A stretch of DNA of 63,457 nt, counting the filler, from Nitrospinota bacterium (GTDB lineage Bacteria > JAUXIQ01), in the NCBI GenBank assembly GCA_030620925.1. It is 15 parts of 15 records of this genome, joined end to end, with 100 filler letters (N's around TTAATTAATTAA, not from the genome) between each part and the next. Parts side by side here need not be neighbours in the genome. Positions count along the whole stretch, not along the records: positions 27,319 to 30,682 come from JAUXIQ010000320.1; positions 30,783 to 33,823 come from JAUXIQ010000369.1; positions 33,924 to 36,976 come from JAUXIQ010000367.1; positions 37,077 to 40,659 come from JAUXIQ010000305.1; 11 more parts are not named here. One strand, written 5' to 3'. A program made the translations under genes and the position numbers. Shown here in pieces: positions 28,973-38,913 of this stretch. Position 1 is the stretch's first letter. Every line of letters starts with the position of its first letter. The notes below the pieces were generated by a model that saw only the letters and a program-made list of their open reading frames with translations, did not search any database and was not told the DNA's origin.

Positions 28973-30604
28973 CTAAACAGCGAGGGGCATTCCGTCAGCG
29001 GCGGGGTCTGCTCCTCCTTGCAGTACCCCCCGCTCCTCATCTATCAATATGCCGTGGACCAGGCCGAAACCCCCGTAGCTCACGAAGCTGCGCTCCGTCT
29101 TGTGGCCCATCTCTTCGAGTGCACGGCAAGTGGAAGCGGGTATCCGCGCCTGGAGGTAGATGATCTCCCGCTGGCAGTCGAACCGCGGGGCGCTCACCGC
29201 CTCCTGCGCGCTCATCCCGAAATCTATGACGTTCAGTACGGCCTGCAGCACCGATGTGATGATGCGCGTCCCCCCCGGTGCGCCCACTATGAAATAGGGC
29301 CTGCCGTTTTTGCATACCATGGTGGGCGACATGCCGGTTACCCTGCTCTTGCCCGGCTCGATGGAGTTCACTCCGCCCGGTATGGGATCGAAGGCGTTCA
29401 TGCAGTCGTTGTACATGAACCCCAGGCTGCCGGTGATTACCCCGGAAGAAACCCCCAGGCTGTGGGTCATGGCCACGGCGTTGCCCTCTGCGTCGAGGAC
29501 CGATATATGGGTGGTGTCCGGGGGCTCGTAAAACTTTTTAACGGGCACGTCGAAATCGCGTCCCTCATCCAGAACCTTACTAATTTCCGCCGCATGCTCT
29601 TTGGAGACGAGCCTGTCCACCGGCACGTCCACGAAGGCGGGGTCTCCCACCAACTGCGCCCTGTCGGCGAAGGCGGCCCGCATTGCCCTGGAAACCAGGC
29701 TTATGTATTCCGGGCTATTGTGCTCCATCTCCGAAAGCGGGTATCCCTCCAGGATGTTCAGTATCCCCAGCATGGTCACACCGCCGCCGGGCGGCGGGTT
29801 GGTGTAAATGGTGTAACCCCGATACTCCCCTTCCAACGGTCTGGTATGGGTGGGGAGATAGTCCTTCAGGTCGTCGAGGCGCATCAAGCCGCCGTTGGCC
29901 TCCATGTCGCTCACCATGGTGTCGGCCAGCGGGCCGTTATAAAAATAGCCGGGCCCTTCTTTCGCCAGCCTGGAAAGCGTATCGGCGAGGTCGGTATTGA
30001 TAAAGACGTCTCCCTCGTCGTATAGCGCGCCGTCCTTAATGTATAGGGCTTCCGCGGAAGGGGTATTGGTGAGCCGCTCCCACGTGCCGGCCCTGCCGAA
30101 AAGGGATTTCCACCCCCACCAGCGCCTGAGCGTCGGCCTCACCACGAAGCCGTCCCCGGCCCAGCCTATGGCTGTCTCGAACAGCGACTCCCATTTTACG
30201 CTGCCGAAACGGCTCAGGGCGTCGCTGAACCCGGCCACCACGCCGGGTGTGGTGATGGAAGTGTAGCCCAGGTCGTTCTCCTGTCCTTCAAGAACGTAGC
30301 CGAAGGCATCGGGGCACTCCCCCAGGAAGAGGTTTTCCCACATATCGGGTCTGGCCAGATAGGGAGCTTTGCCGTGAAAATCTATCTGATGAAATTCACC
30401 CGATGCCCGATGATAATATAGGAAACTCCCGAAGCCTCCCACACCGCACATCTGGGGATCCACCACACCCTGAACCATGGCCGCGGAGAGAGCCGCATCC
30501 ACGGCGTTCCCGCCGCTTCTGAGCACCCGTACGCCTTCCTCTACGGCGTCAGGCTGCGGGGCCACCACCATTCCTTTTACTTTTGGTTCGCTCATTTTCA
30601 TCAC
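28973..30604 (-). CDS. ggt: Gamma-glutamyltransferase family protein
   Basis: 'GGNAVDAA', nucleophile 'DTTHISVLDAEGNAV', 'GAPGG.RI', 'GGADP'. Confidence 0.9.
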   Translation of the reverse strand: MMKMSEPKVKGMVVAPQPDAVEEGVRVLRSGGNAVDAALSAAMVQGVVDPQMCGVGGFGSFLYYHRASGEFHQIDFHGKAPYLARPDMWENLFLGECPDAFGYVLEGQENDLGYTSITTPGVVAGFSDALSRFGSVKWESLFETAIGWAGDGFVVRPTLRRWWGWKSLFGRAGTWERLTNTPSAEALYIKDGALYDEGDVFINTDLADTLSRLAKEGPGYFYNGPLADTMVSDMEANGGLMRLDDLKDYLPTHTRPLEGEYRGYTIYTNPPPGGGVTMLGILNILEGYPLSEMEHNSPEYISLVSRAMRAAFADRAQLVGDPAFVDVPVDRLVSKEHAAEISKVLDEGRDFDVPVKKFYEPPDTTHISVLDAEGNAVAMTHSLGVSSGVITGSLGFMYNDCMNAFDPIPGGVNSIEPGKSRVTGMSPTMVCKNGRPYFIVGAPGGTRIITSVLQAVLNVIDFGMSAQEAVSAPRFDCQREIIYLQARIPASTCRALEEMGHKTERSFVSYGGFGLVHGILIDEERGVLQGGADPAADGMPLAV

Positions 30605-30782
30605 CCTCCGCGGAGGGGTTACCGATAGACACGATAATAAATGCTTGCTGTGAGTATGGTAGTTCTCTCATTTTCCACCCTCNNNNNNNNNNNNNNNNNN
30701 NNNNNNNNNNNNNNNNNNNNNNNNNNTTAATTAATTAANNNNNNNNNNNNNNNNNNNNNNNNNNNNNNNNNNNNNNNNNNNN

Positions 30783-32098
30783 ACGGGGGCTACCTGGTCC
30801 TCAATGCCGTAGACGTGCTCACCGAGTCGGGGGTATGGATAGCCCTGAAGAGGATACTCAAGACCAGGGCCCTGAGCATACAAAGTTACGACCCCATGTT
30901 CATGTTCACTTCTTCCGCGCTGAAACCCGAACCTATAGACATCGACGTTAAAGTAGTATTGGTCGGCAACGACTACATTTACAACCTGCTGCGGGAACAA
31001 GATGAGGATTTCAGCAAGACATTCAAGGTGAAGGCGGATTTCGATTCGGTCATGGAATTGAACGAAGACTCCATCTGTCAGTACGGAACTTTCGTCAAGA
31101 AGATTTGCGAAGAGGAGGGTCTGCTCCCCTTCCACAAAACAGGAGTAGCGGCCATAATAGAATACGGAGTGCGCCTGGCGGGCAGGCGGAACAAGCTGTC
31201 CACCAGGTTCAATACTTTGATGGACCTAGTCCGCGAGGCGGATTACTGGGCCAAGCAGGAGGAAAGCAAGCTGATCATCGAGGAGCACGTGGATAAAGCC
31301 CTCGAGGAAAAGATAGAACGCGTGAGCCTGGTGAGGGATAAGATTCAGGAGCTCATCCAGCAGGGAACCATCATGATAGACGCCGAGGGGAAAAAAGTGG
31401 GACAGGTCAACGGCCTTTCGGTGCACGACATGGGTGATTCCAGTTTCGGAAGACCGTCAAAAATCACCGCCCAGATATCCCTGGGGCGGGCGGGAATAAT
31501 CAACATCGAGCGTGAAGCGGATCTAAGCGGTAAGACTCACGACAAGGGCGTGTTGATCCTGAGCGGATACCTGAAGGGGAAATACGCCCAGGAGCGGCCT
31601 CTCACCATCGACGCCAGCATCTGCTTTGAGCAGTCGTATGGCGGGGTCGACGGAGACAGCGCTTCCTCCACCGAGTTGTACGCACTCCTCTCCGTCCTGT
31701 CAGGGCTCCCCCTCAGGCAGGATATCGCCGTAACCGGCTCTATCAACCAGAGAGGGGAGATACAACCCATCGGCGGAGCGAACCATAAGATAGAGGGCTT
31801 CTTCGACGTATGCAACACTCTGGGCCTAACCGGCAAACAGGGGGTGATGATCCCCTTCCTAAATATGGATGAGCTGATGCTGCGGAAGGACGTCGTGGAG
31901 GCCGTTAAACAGGGAAGTTTTCACATTTATGCAGTAAAAACCATAAATCAGGGTATACAGATTTTGACCGGCGTAAAGGCAGGTAAAATGGCCGTAGACG
32001 GCACCTACGACGAGGGCACAGTCAACCATCTGGTGGATAATTACCTGCAAGTGCTTGCGGACAGAATGAAAAGGTTTGCGGGCGATGTAAAGGATTAA
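30783..32098 (+). CDS. Lon-like (S16, LonB/LonC-type) protease (5' truncated)
   Basis: 'GQVNGLSV', 'FEQSYGGVDGDSAS' catalytic Ser, 'IGGANHKIEGFF' Lys. Confidence 0.92.
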
Positions 32099-32319
32099 GG
32101 AGAGAGGCGTTTCAACCGTTACAGAGGGTTCGGACAACCGGCCGGTCGAGGAGACACCACCCTGAATCCCGGAAAGGGTCTTACAGCGACCAAAAGCCGT
32201 CCGCCCGAAAAAACCTTTCCCCCGCGCTTATCATACCGGGAAGGCGGCTCTGAACCCTTTTCAATATCTCCACGGCACATTCCTTTATATCCCGTAAAAA
32301 AAAGAACGGTTTACCCGCG

Positions 32320-33558
32320 TTGAACACTCTACTGAAAAACTACTCTCAATTGAGTAGAGAGGCCAAGCTCATGCTGGCCAGGGTGGCGCTGTTCGGGCTG
32401 GGGATGGGGATATGGACGGTCATCTTCAACCTCTATCTCCTCTCCCTGGGGTTCGACGCCGCCTTCGTGGCCAGAATGGTCTCCATGAAGTGGTGGGCGC
32501 ACGGCGCCTTCGTCCTGCCCGCCGGCATTTTGTCCGACCTCTACGGCCGCCGCAAAACGTTCCTCTACGCAACCGTCATCGCCACCATCCTGAACGTGTT
32601 GAAGCTGAGCAGCTCAGACCCCCAGCTTCTCCTCCTGTTCAACGGGACAGGCGGTATTGCGGAAAGTTTCCTGATCGTGGCCGGCGGGCCCATGCTCATG
32701 GAACACAGCAGAGAGGGAGAACGGATATACCTCTTCAGTTTTTTCACCTTTTTCATGATGATTTCTTCGAGTGTCGGTTCCCTGCTGGGAGGCGTACTTC
32801 CGGGGATAGGAGGCGCACTCCTGGCGTTAGACCGCGGTAACCAGGGAGCATTCAGGTTCGCCCTGGCCTTGGCTGTGCCCCTGATGGCCCTCTCCTTCAT
32901 CCCCATATACCTGATAAAAGAAAAGTGGCAGAGGCGCAAGCTCTCCGCCTGGTGGAAGGGGATAAAAAGCTGGTCCATACTGGGGGTCATGGCCGCAAGC
33001 ACGGGGCTCACCGGCCTGGCCATAGGATTCACCTTTCCTTTCTACAACATTTTTTTCGCCAGTCGCTTCGGCGCATCGCCGACGACCATCGGCATAATCT
33101 TCGCCGCCGGTTCGCTGCTCGGTGCTCTGGGCACAGCCCTGGCCCCGGCCGTGGAAGCCAGGTTGGGGAAGGTAAACACTATCACGGTGGCCAGGCTCAT
33201 CTCCGTGCCCTTTCTCATGGGGATGGTGCTGGTGCCCATGCTGGCCCCCGCCGCCATATTCTACCTGGGGCGCAGGGCGAGCATGAGCCTGGGGTTTCCC
33301 GTGCGGGCACTCTTCCGCATGGAGATAGTGGAAGAACAGGAGCGGGGAACTACATCGGGGCTGGTTCACGCCATGGCAGAGTTCCCCATTGGCATCTCGG
33401 CCTGGATGGCCGGGGGTATGATGGCCAGGGATGATTGGCTCACGCCCTATTCGTGGGCCGCGGCGCTGCTGCTGGCTTCAGCGGCCATCTTCTTCTTCTA
33501 CTTCAGGCCCCTGGAAAAAAGAACGCCGTCCTCCTCCACACATGCTCCCACCGCCTGA
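32320..33558 (+). CDS. MFS transporter
   Basis: About 12 hydrophobic segments; motif A 'GILSDLYGRRK'. Confidence 0.9.
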   Translation: MNTLLKNYSQLSREAKLMLARVALFGLGMGIWTVIFNLYLLSLGFDAAFVARMVSMKWWAHGAFVLPAGILSDLYGRRKTFLYATVIATILNVLKLSSSDPQLLLLFNGTGGIAESFLIVAGGPMLMEHSREGERIYLFSFFTFFMMISSSVGSLLGGVLPGIGGALLALDRGNQGAFRFALALAVPLMALSFIPIYLIKEKWQRRKLSAWWKGIKSWSILGVMAASTGLTGLAIGFTFPFYNIFFASRFGASPTTIGIIFAAGSLLGALGTALAPAVEARLGKVNTITVARLISVPFLMGMVLVPMLAPAAIFYLGRRASMSLGFPVRALFRMEIVEEQERGTTSGLVHAMAEFPIGISAWMAGGMMARDDWLTPYSWAAALLLASAAIFFFYFRPLEKRTPSSSTHAPTA

Positions 33559-33650
33559 ATATATAAAACCATTGACGAAGAACGGGTTTTATTAGATAAT
33601 TTTTCTGTACCCGACGCATATGCAAAAATAGTTACTGGAGGCCGGTACCG

Positions 33651-33823
33651 GTGGGATTTAGTTGGATAGCGGTTTTAATCGCAGCGGCGGCTTTCATCTC
33701 GGCGTTTTTCATCAGCCGCGATGCGCGGAAGCGGGGCAGGAACGGACTGTTCTGGTTTATTTTCACCATCTTTCTTTTCGGAATCTGCGCCATACCGGTC
33801 TACTTCCACGTCATCCGAAGAGA
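33651..33823 (+). CDS. Small membrane protein (3' end at contig edge)
   Basis: Two TM segments around 'DARKRGRNGLFW'; RBS GGAGG; TTGACG-N17-GATAAT at 33572-33600. Confidence 0.6.
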
Positions 33824-33923
33824 NNNNNNNNNNNNNNNNNNNNNNNNNNNNNNNNNNNNNNNNNNNNTTAATTAATTAANNNNNNNNNNNNNNNNNNNNN
33901 NNNNNNNNNNNNNNNNNNNNNNN

Positions 33924-34427
33924 AGGCAAATGAAACGGAACTACGATTCGGCATATTACCAGAGCCTGGTCCAGAAGCTGGCCAGCCGTATCCCCCGGAT
34001 GGGAATAGGAGCGGACGTGATGGTGGGCTTCCCGGGCGAAACCGAAGAACGTTTTCGCAACACTTATTCCCTGATAGAGAGCCTGCCATTGACCTACCTC
34101 CACGTCTTCAACTTTTCCCCGCGTAAAGGGACCCCCGCCGCCGCCTTCCCCCGCCAGGTTGACGGCGAGACTAAAAACGAAAGGAGCGAAAAGCTCAGAA
34201 TTTCAGGCGTGGATAAATCGCGCCGCTTCAGGGAGCGGCACAGGGACAGAGAAGCGACGGTTCTGGTTGAAAGCACTCGAGACAAGGAGACAAGGCTGCT
34301 GAAGGGCCTCACGGACAACTACATCCAGGTCCTGATGGAAGGCGGCGAAGAGCTCGCCAATCAAATGGTGCGGGTAAAGCTGACGGACCTTAAGAACAAA
34401 GGCATGCACGGAGATATTATATGGTAA
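33924..34427 (+). CDS. mtaB: tRNA methylthiotransferase MtaB (radical SAM), C-terminal fragment
   Basis: 'MKRNY', 'GADVMVGFPGETEE.F', 'LHVFNFSPRKGTPAA', 'GLTDNYI' TRAM end. Confidence 0.85.
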   Translation, partial: RQMKRNYDSAYYQSLVQKLASRIPRMGIGADVMVGFPGETEERFRNTYSLIESLPLTYLHVFNFSPRKGTPAAAFPRQVDGETKNERSEKLRISGVDKSRRFRERHRDREATVLVESTRDKETRLLKGLTDNYIQVLMEGGEELANQMVRVKLTDLKNKGMHGDIIW

Positions 34428-35245
34428 CGCAGCCCTCAACAAAAAGCAAAATTGTCAGGCCCATCGCCCTGATGACCGACTTCGGCTCGGCAACCCCCTT
34501 CGTGGGAGCCATGAAAGGGGTAATAATGACCATAAACCGGGAAGCCAGAGTAATAGACCTCACCCACGATATTTCTCCTTATAACGTCATACAGGCCGCC
34601 ATGGCGCTCAAATCCTCCTACAGCTACTTCCCGAAAGGGACTATTTTCATGGTCGTAGTTGACCCCACGGTAGGAAGCGAGAGGAAAAAAATATTGGTGG
34701 AAGCCGGCGGACGCTTTTTCGTGGGTCCCGATAACGGCGTCTTCGGCCTGGTATTAGAGGAAACCCCTGCGGAGAATGTCACCAACGTTAAGAACAGGAA
34801 ATATTTCCTGGAAAAAATCAGCAACACTTTCCACGGCAGGGATATCTTCGCTCCGGTTGCGGCATGGCTTTCGTTGGGCACAAACGTTTCGGAATTCGGC
34901 CCTCAGGTGGAGAGTATAGCTGAACTCAGCATACCTCAAGCGACCGTATCCGGGGACTACATGATAACCGGCGAAATTCTTTTCAACGACCGTTTCGGAA
35001 ATCTGACCACCAACATAACCGCAGAGATGGTCGAGAAGCTGACGGAAGCCGCCGGTGAAGACAGCGTCCAAATCTCGGTGAAAAAGGAGAGGATAGCAAG
35101 CCTAACCACCCACTATGCTGAAGGCAAAGGGGCTTCCGCCCTGGTCAATAGCTGGGGATACCTTGAGATATACCTGCCCATGGGGAATGCCCTCCAGGAG
35201 CTGGGCATCGAGACGGGAGAGCCCGTCTGGGTCTCTCAGAGATAA
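34421..35245 (+). CDS. DUF62 SAM hydroxide adenosyltransferase (SAM hydrolase)
   Basis: 'LMTDFG', 'VVDPTVGSERK', 'GPDNG', 'SNTFHGRDIFAPVAA', 'DRFGNL.TN'. Confidence 0.9.
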   Translation: MVTQPSTKSKIVRPIALMTDFGSATPFVGAMKGVIMTINREARVIDLTHDISPYNVIQAAMALKSSYSYFPKGTIFMVVVDPTVGSERKKILVEAGGRFFVGPDNGVFGLVLEETPAENVTNVKNRKYFLEKISNTFHGRDIFAPVAAWLSLGTNVSEFGPQVESIAELSIPQATVSGDYMITGEILFNDRFGNLTTNITAEMVEKLTEAAGEDSVQISVKKERIASLTTHYAEGKGASALVNSWGYLEIYLPMGNALQELGIETGEPVWVSQR

Positions 35246-35301
35246 CAGAGGTAAAGCTGAAACCTTTATGAGCAGTCGTCTTTAAGTTCTTCTTCCTGCT
35301 C

Positions 35302-36976
35302 TTAGTCAGCCCCCCCTATAGAACCATCCCAAAAATCGGAGGGGATCTCTTCTGCGGACTCTGCAGTTGAATCGGCTCCTTCACTCTTTTCTCCAAACTC
35401 TCCGGAAAGATTAAAAAACTCGATACTAATATCCTCCTCGCCGCCGAGCAGAAGCTTACCCAACAGAGGAATCTTACTCACCAGGTCATCCACTTTCCCC
35501 AATGGCTGAAACGCCACGGACATATCATATTTTTTGGCGGCAAAGTCCACGCTGCCCACTGAGCTCAACCTGATCAGAGGGCCGTCGAGGAGCAGGTTAT
35601 CGGTGGACATGATCCCCTTATCAAACGTCAGATCACCCTCGATACTGTGAAAGGGAAGCCCCTGGCCAAACGGTTCCTTACCCACGGAAACGATAGCCTT
35701 GGGTAAATTAAGGATACTGGATATGGGGGAACTAAGAAACCCGGATACGGGGCTGAGGAATCCGAATATGGCGGACAGCACCTTAAACTTTTTCACGATA
35801 CCATCATCTACACGAATACTCAACTTCCCGCTGATCGACTTTCGGATACCCTCCAGGTCAAACTTGTCGCCCCGGATCGTGCCCTTCAGGCCAAGCGTCC
35901 CCGTAATGATCTCAGTCCGCGGGTGAATCTGTTGGATCAGCTTCTCCACCTTCAATCCCGCCGCATCGGCTCTCATCTCGAATTGCGATCCGCTGGGTGA
36001 GAGACCGTTTATCACCAGGTCACCTTTAAATTTCCCATCCGCCACGGAGAACATGAGGTCGTTGAACCTCCAGAGGCCCCTTCCGGAGTCCAGCCGAGTG
36101 CTCATATCACTCAACTTCACCCCTTTGATAAACAAGTTTTCAGCGGTGATACCCGCAGAGAATGGGTAATGAATGATCCCTGTTCCCCCCGAGCGCCCAT
36201 TTTCCCCCGGCGCTGGATCGCCGGTATGAGGCCGGGAGTTTTCAGTCCTGGTATCGAAACCTGCTTCAACCCTCTCTTCGCCGTTGCCGCGGCCCGAGAA
36301 ATCCTCCAGATAGAGGGAGGAAAATTTAAAGTCCATTGAAAGCTTCTTTTGGGAGTTGCCGCCATATCTTCCCCGGGTGAAAAACTTCGTCCGGCCCAGA
36401 GATACATTGTCCGCCTCCCAATTAAAAACCCCATCACCGTAAGTAATCTTACCGCTGGTCAGATAGATGGGTTTAGCCACGGGCGGGAAATCGGCGGTTA
36501 CATCTTCCACCACTATCGTACCGCTTGCTTTCAAATTCGAAGGTTTTCCGGTGAACCTGAATTGTACGGAGCTGCGTCCTCTCCTGAGGTTGTATGGGAG
36601 AAGCCTGGGGAAAAACTCCGCCATGTATTTGATATCGAAGTCTTCGCTCACAAGTTGAAAATCCAGCACGGGGTCAGAGAAGTTGACAACCTTTCCATAG
36701 GAAGAGACTTTCATGTCACCGTGACTCAATGAAAGTTTCTTTATGGTCAAGGCCTGGGAAGGCACCAGACGCGCTTCGACCGAAAGACTCCCCTTTGCCG
36801 GAAGGGGTTTGATGAAGTTATTGTACCCGTATGAAAAACCCTTGAAGTCGAAATCGGAATGTATGTCCATGCCCCGTTTAGTGCCGGCCAGGCTGAATGT
36901 AGCGGCGGTGGAGCCCGCCAGCTCCATTTTATCCGTTATCTTTGCGGGCAGAAGAGCGGCCAGGTCGCTGTGGTGC
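35302..36976 (-). CDS. AsmA-like / DUF3971 protein, C-terminal part
   Basis: Beta-rich; 'GLPFHSIEGDLTFDKGIMSTDNLLLDG', 'VSKIPLLGKLLLG'. Confidence 0.8.
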
Positions 36977-37076
36977 NNNNNNNNNNNNNNNNNNNNNNNN
37001 NNNNNNNNNNNNNNNNNNNNTTAATTAATTAANNNNNNNNNNNNNNNNNNNNNNNNNNNNNNNNNNNNNNNNNNNN

Positions 37077-37567
37077 AGCGCGCCGTTATCGCGAAGGGCT
37101 CTCTCCACTCCCTCCCGGGCCTCCTTCGGGCACCTGGCCGCCAGCCCGAACAGGTCCTCGACGAACCTGGAATTGAACTTCTCCCTCCTCCTTTCCCGCG
37201 ATATTCTGCTCAGTATCACGAAACCAAGAAAGGTAAACAATCCTCCCAGGAGTATGGTCAGCTCGAAGCCGATTACGTAAAAAGGAATGAAAGAGACTAT
37301 GGGCTTACCCCCTACGATTATGGGGAGGTAGATAGCCGTCCCCACCGTCAGGGCCAGTCCCGCTATCCATCCCAGGACAGCCCCGGTCAGGGCGAAACTG
37401 CCCACCGTGCTCTCGGCTCCTTCCATCACCTCATCGATCTCATGGTGATGCACGGGTGAATAGACCGTGAGGTTGTCGTGTCCCCCGGCCCGCAACTCTT
37501 TCACCGCCGCCACCAGCGAATCCAGGTGCTCGAAGGCCCCGGTCACTATGGTCCGGTCATCGTTCAT
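37077..37567 (-). CDS. actD: Alternative complex III subunit D (DUF3341), 3' truncated
   Basis: 'VYSPV', 'IVGGKP', 'FELTILLG'; overlaps actC. Confidence 0.85.
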
Positions 37568-38885
37568 TGCTATTCGGGTTCCTCCTCGGCGCCGGGAGGT
37601 CCTCCTTGGTCTCAGCTATGGATATCGCCGGGAACACCTTTATGAAGATCAAAAAGAAGAGGAAGAACCAGCTGAAGGAGCCGATGGTGATGAAAAACTC
37701 AGTTGCCGAAAATTTATATAACCCCCAGTTAAATGGGATGTAATCATAGGATAGCGAGCCGGCAATGATGACGAATCGCTCGGACCACATTCCTACGTTG
37801 ATCAGGATGGCGATGATAATCATGGCAGTTGTGTTCCTGCGCAATCTCTTTATGAAGAAAAGCAGCGGGACCATAGAATTAAAGATGATCATGGCCATAA
37901 ACTGTGGCGCGTAGGCACCGAAAGAGCGGTAGAAGAACGTGCCTTTTTCGAATATGTCGCCACTGTACCAGGCGATGAAAAATTCAAAGACGTATGAATA
38001 CCCCATGATGAGGCCTGTTACTATAATGAGTTTGGCCAGGTTCTCCAGGTGGTCAATCTCGATGAAAGCATCCAGGCGGGCGTACTTGCGCAAAGGGATG
38101 AGGAGGGTAAGCACCATGGCCAGGCCGGAATGAATAGCTCCCGCCACGAAGTAGGGGGCGAATATGGTGCTGTGCCAGCCGGGCAGGATGGCCATGGCGA
38201 AATCCCAGGAGACCACGCTGTGCACCGAAACCACCAGGGGCGTTGCGATGGCGGCCATCAGCAGGTAGGCTTTCTTGTAGTGGCGCCATTGCTTGTCCGT
38301 GCCCCTCCAGAAGAACGACAGGATGGTGTATAGTATCTGTCTCCACCAGGGGCCCTTGTTTCTAAGGGCGGCGATATCGGGCAACATGCCCAAGAAGAGA
38401 AAGGTGGCGCTTATGATAAAATAGGTGCTGATGGCGAATACGTCCCACATGAGAGGGGAGCGGAAGTTGGGCCACAGCATCCGCTGGTTGGGGTAAGGGA
38501 GGAGCCAGTAAAAAAACCAGACCCGCCCCAGGTGTATCAGGGGGAAGAGGCCCGCGGTCATGAGGGCGAAGACGGTCATGGCCTCTGCACTGCGGTAGAC
38601 TGAGGTCCGCCATTCGGCCCTCAGCAAATAGAGGATGGCTGAGATCAATGTCCCGGAATGTGCTATCCCCACCCAGAAAACAAAATCGGCGATGTAAACC
38701 GCCCAGCCCACTGGATTGTTGAGGCCGGTCACACCCATCCCCAGCTGAGCCTGTCGATACCAGGAGTATCCACCTACAGCCACCAGGAGCAAGCAGAGGG
38801 TAAGGAAGCCTATATACCTCTTTCCCGGTTTCTCCATGGTGTCCATAACACCCTGGTCGACTTGCTTATAGGTGAGCGTCTCCAT
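37557..38885 (-). CDS. actC: Alternative complex III NrfD-like quinol-binding subunit
   Basis: 'FVFWVGIAHSGTLISAIL', 'HLGRVW', 'NFRSPLMWD', 'VHSVVSWDFA', 'PYFVAGAI.SG'. Confidence 0.9.
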   Translation of the reverse strand: METLTYKQVDQGVMDTMEKPGKRYIGFLTLCLLLVAVGGYSWYRQAQLGMGVTGLNNPVGWAVYIADFVFWVGIAHSGTLISAILYLLRAEWRTSVYRSAEAMTVFALMTAGLFPLIHLGRVWFFYWLLPYPNQRMLWPNFRSPLMWDVFAISTYFIISATFLFLGMLPDIAALRNKGPWWRQILYTILSFFWRGTDKQWRHYKKAYLLMAAIATPLVVSVHSVVSWDFAMAILPGWHSTIFAPYFVAGAIHSGLAMVLTLLIPLRKYARLDAFIEIDHLENLAKLIIVTGLIMGYSYVFEFFIAWYSGDIFEKGTFFYRSFGAYAPQFMAMIIFNSMVPLLFFIKRLRRNTTAMIIIAILINVGMWSERFVIIAGSLSYDYIPFNWGLYKFSATEFFITIGSFSWFFLFFLIFIKVFPAISIAETKEDLPAPRRNPNSNER

Positions 38886-38913
38886 CTCTATGTCCGATCC
38901 GCCTCCTCGGAGT

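Noticed and set aside
34421..35245. Fluorinase/chlorinase call
   Set aside because: Has the Asp-Arg-His hydrolase triad, not the halogenase motif.
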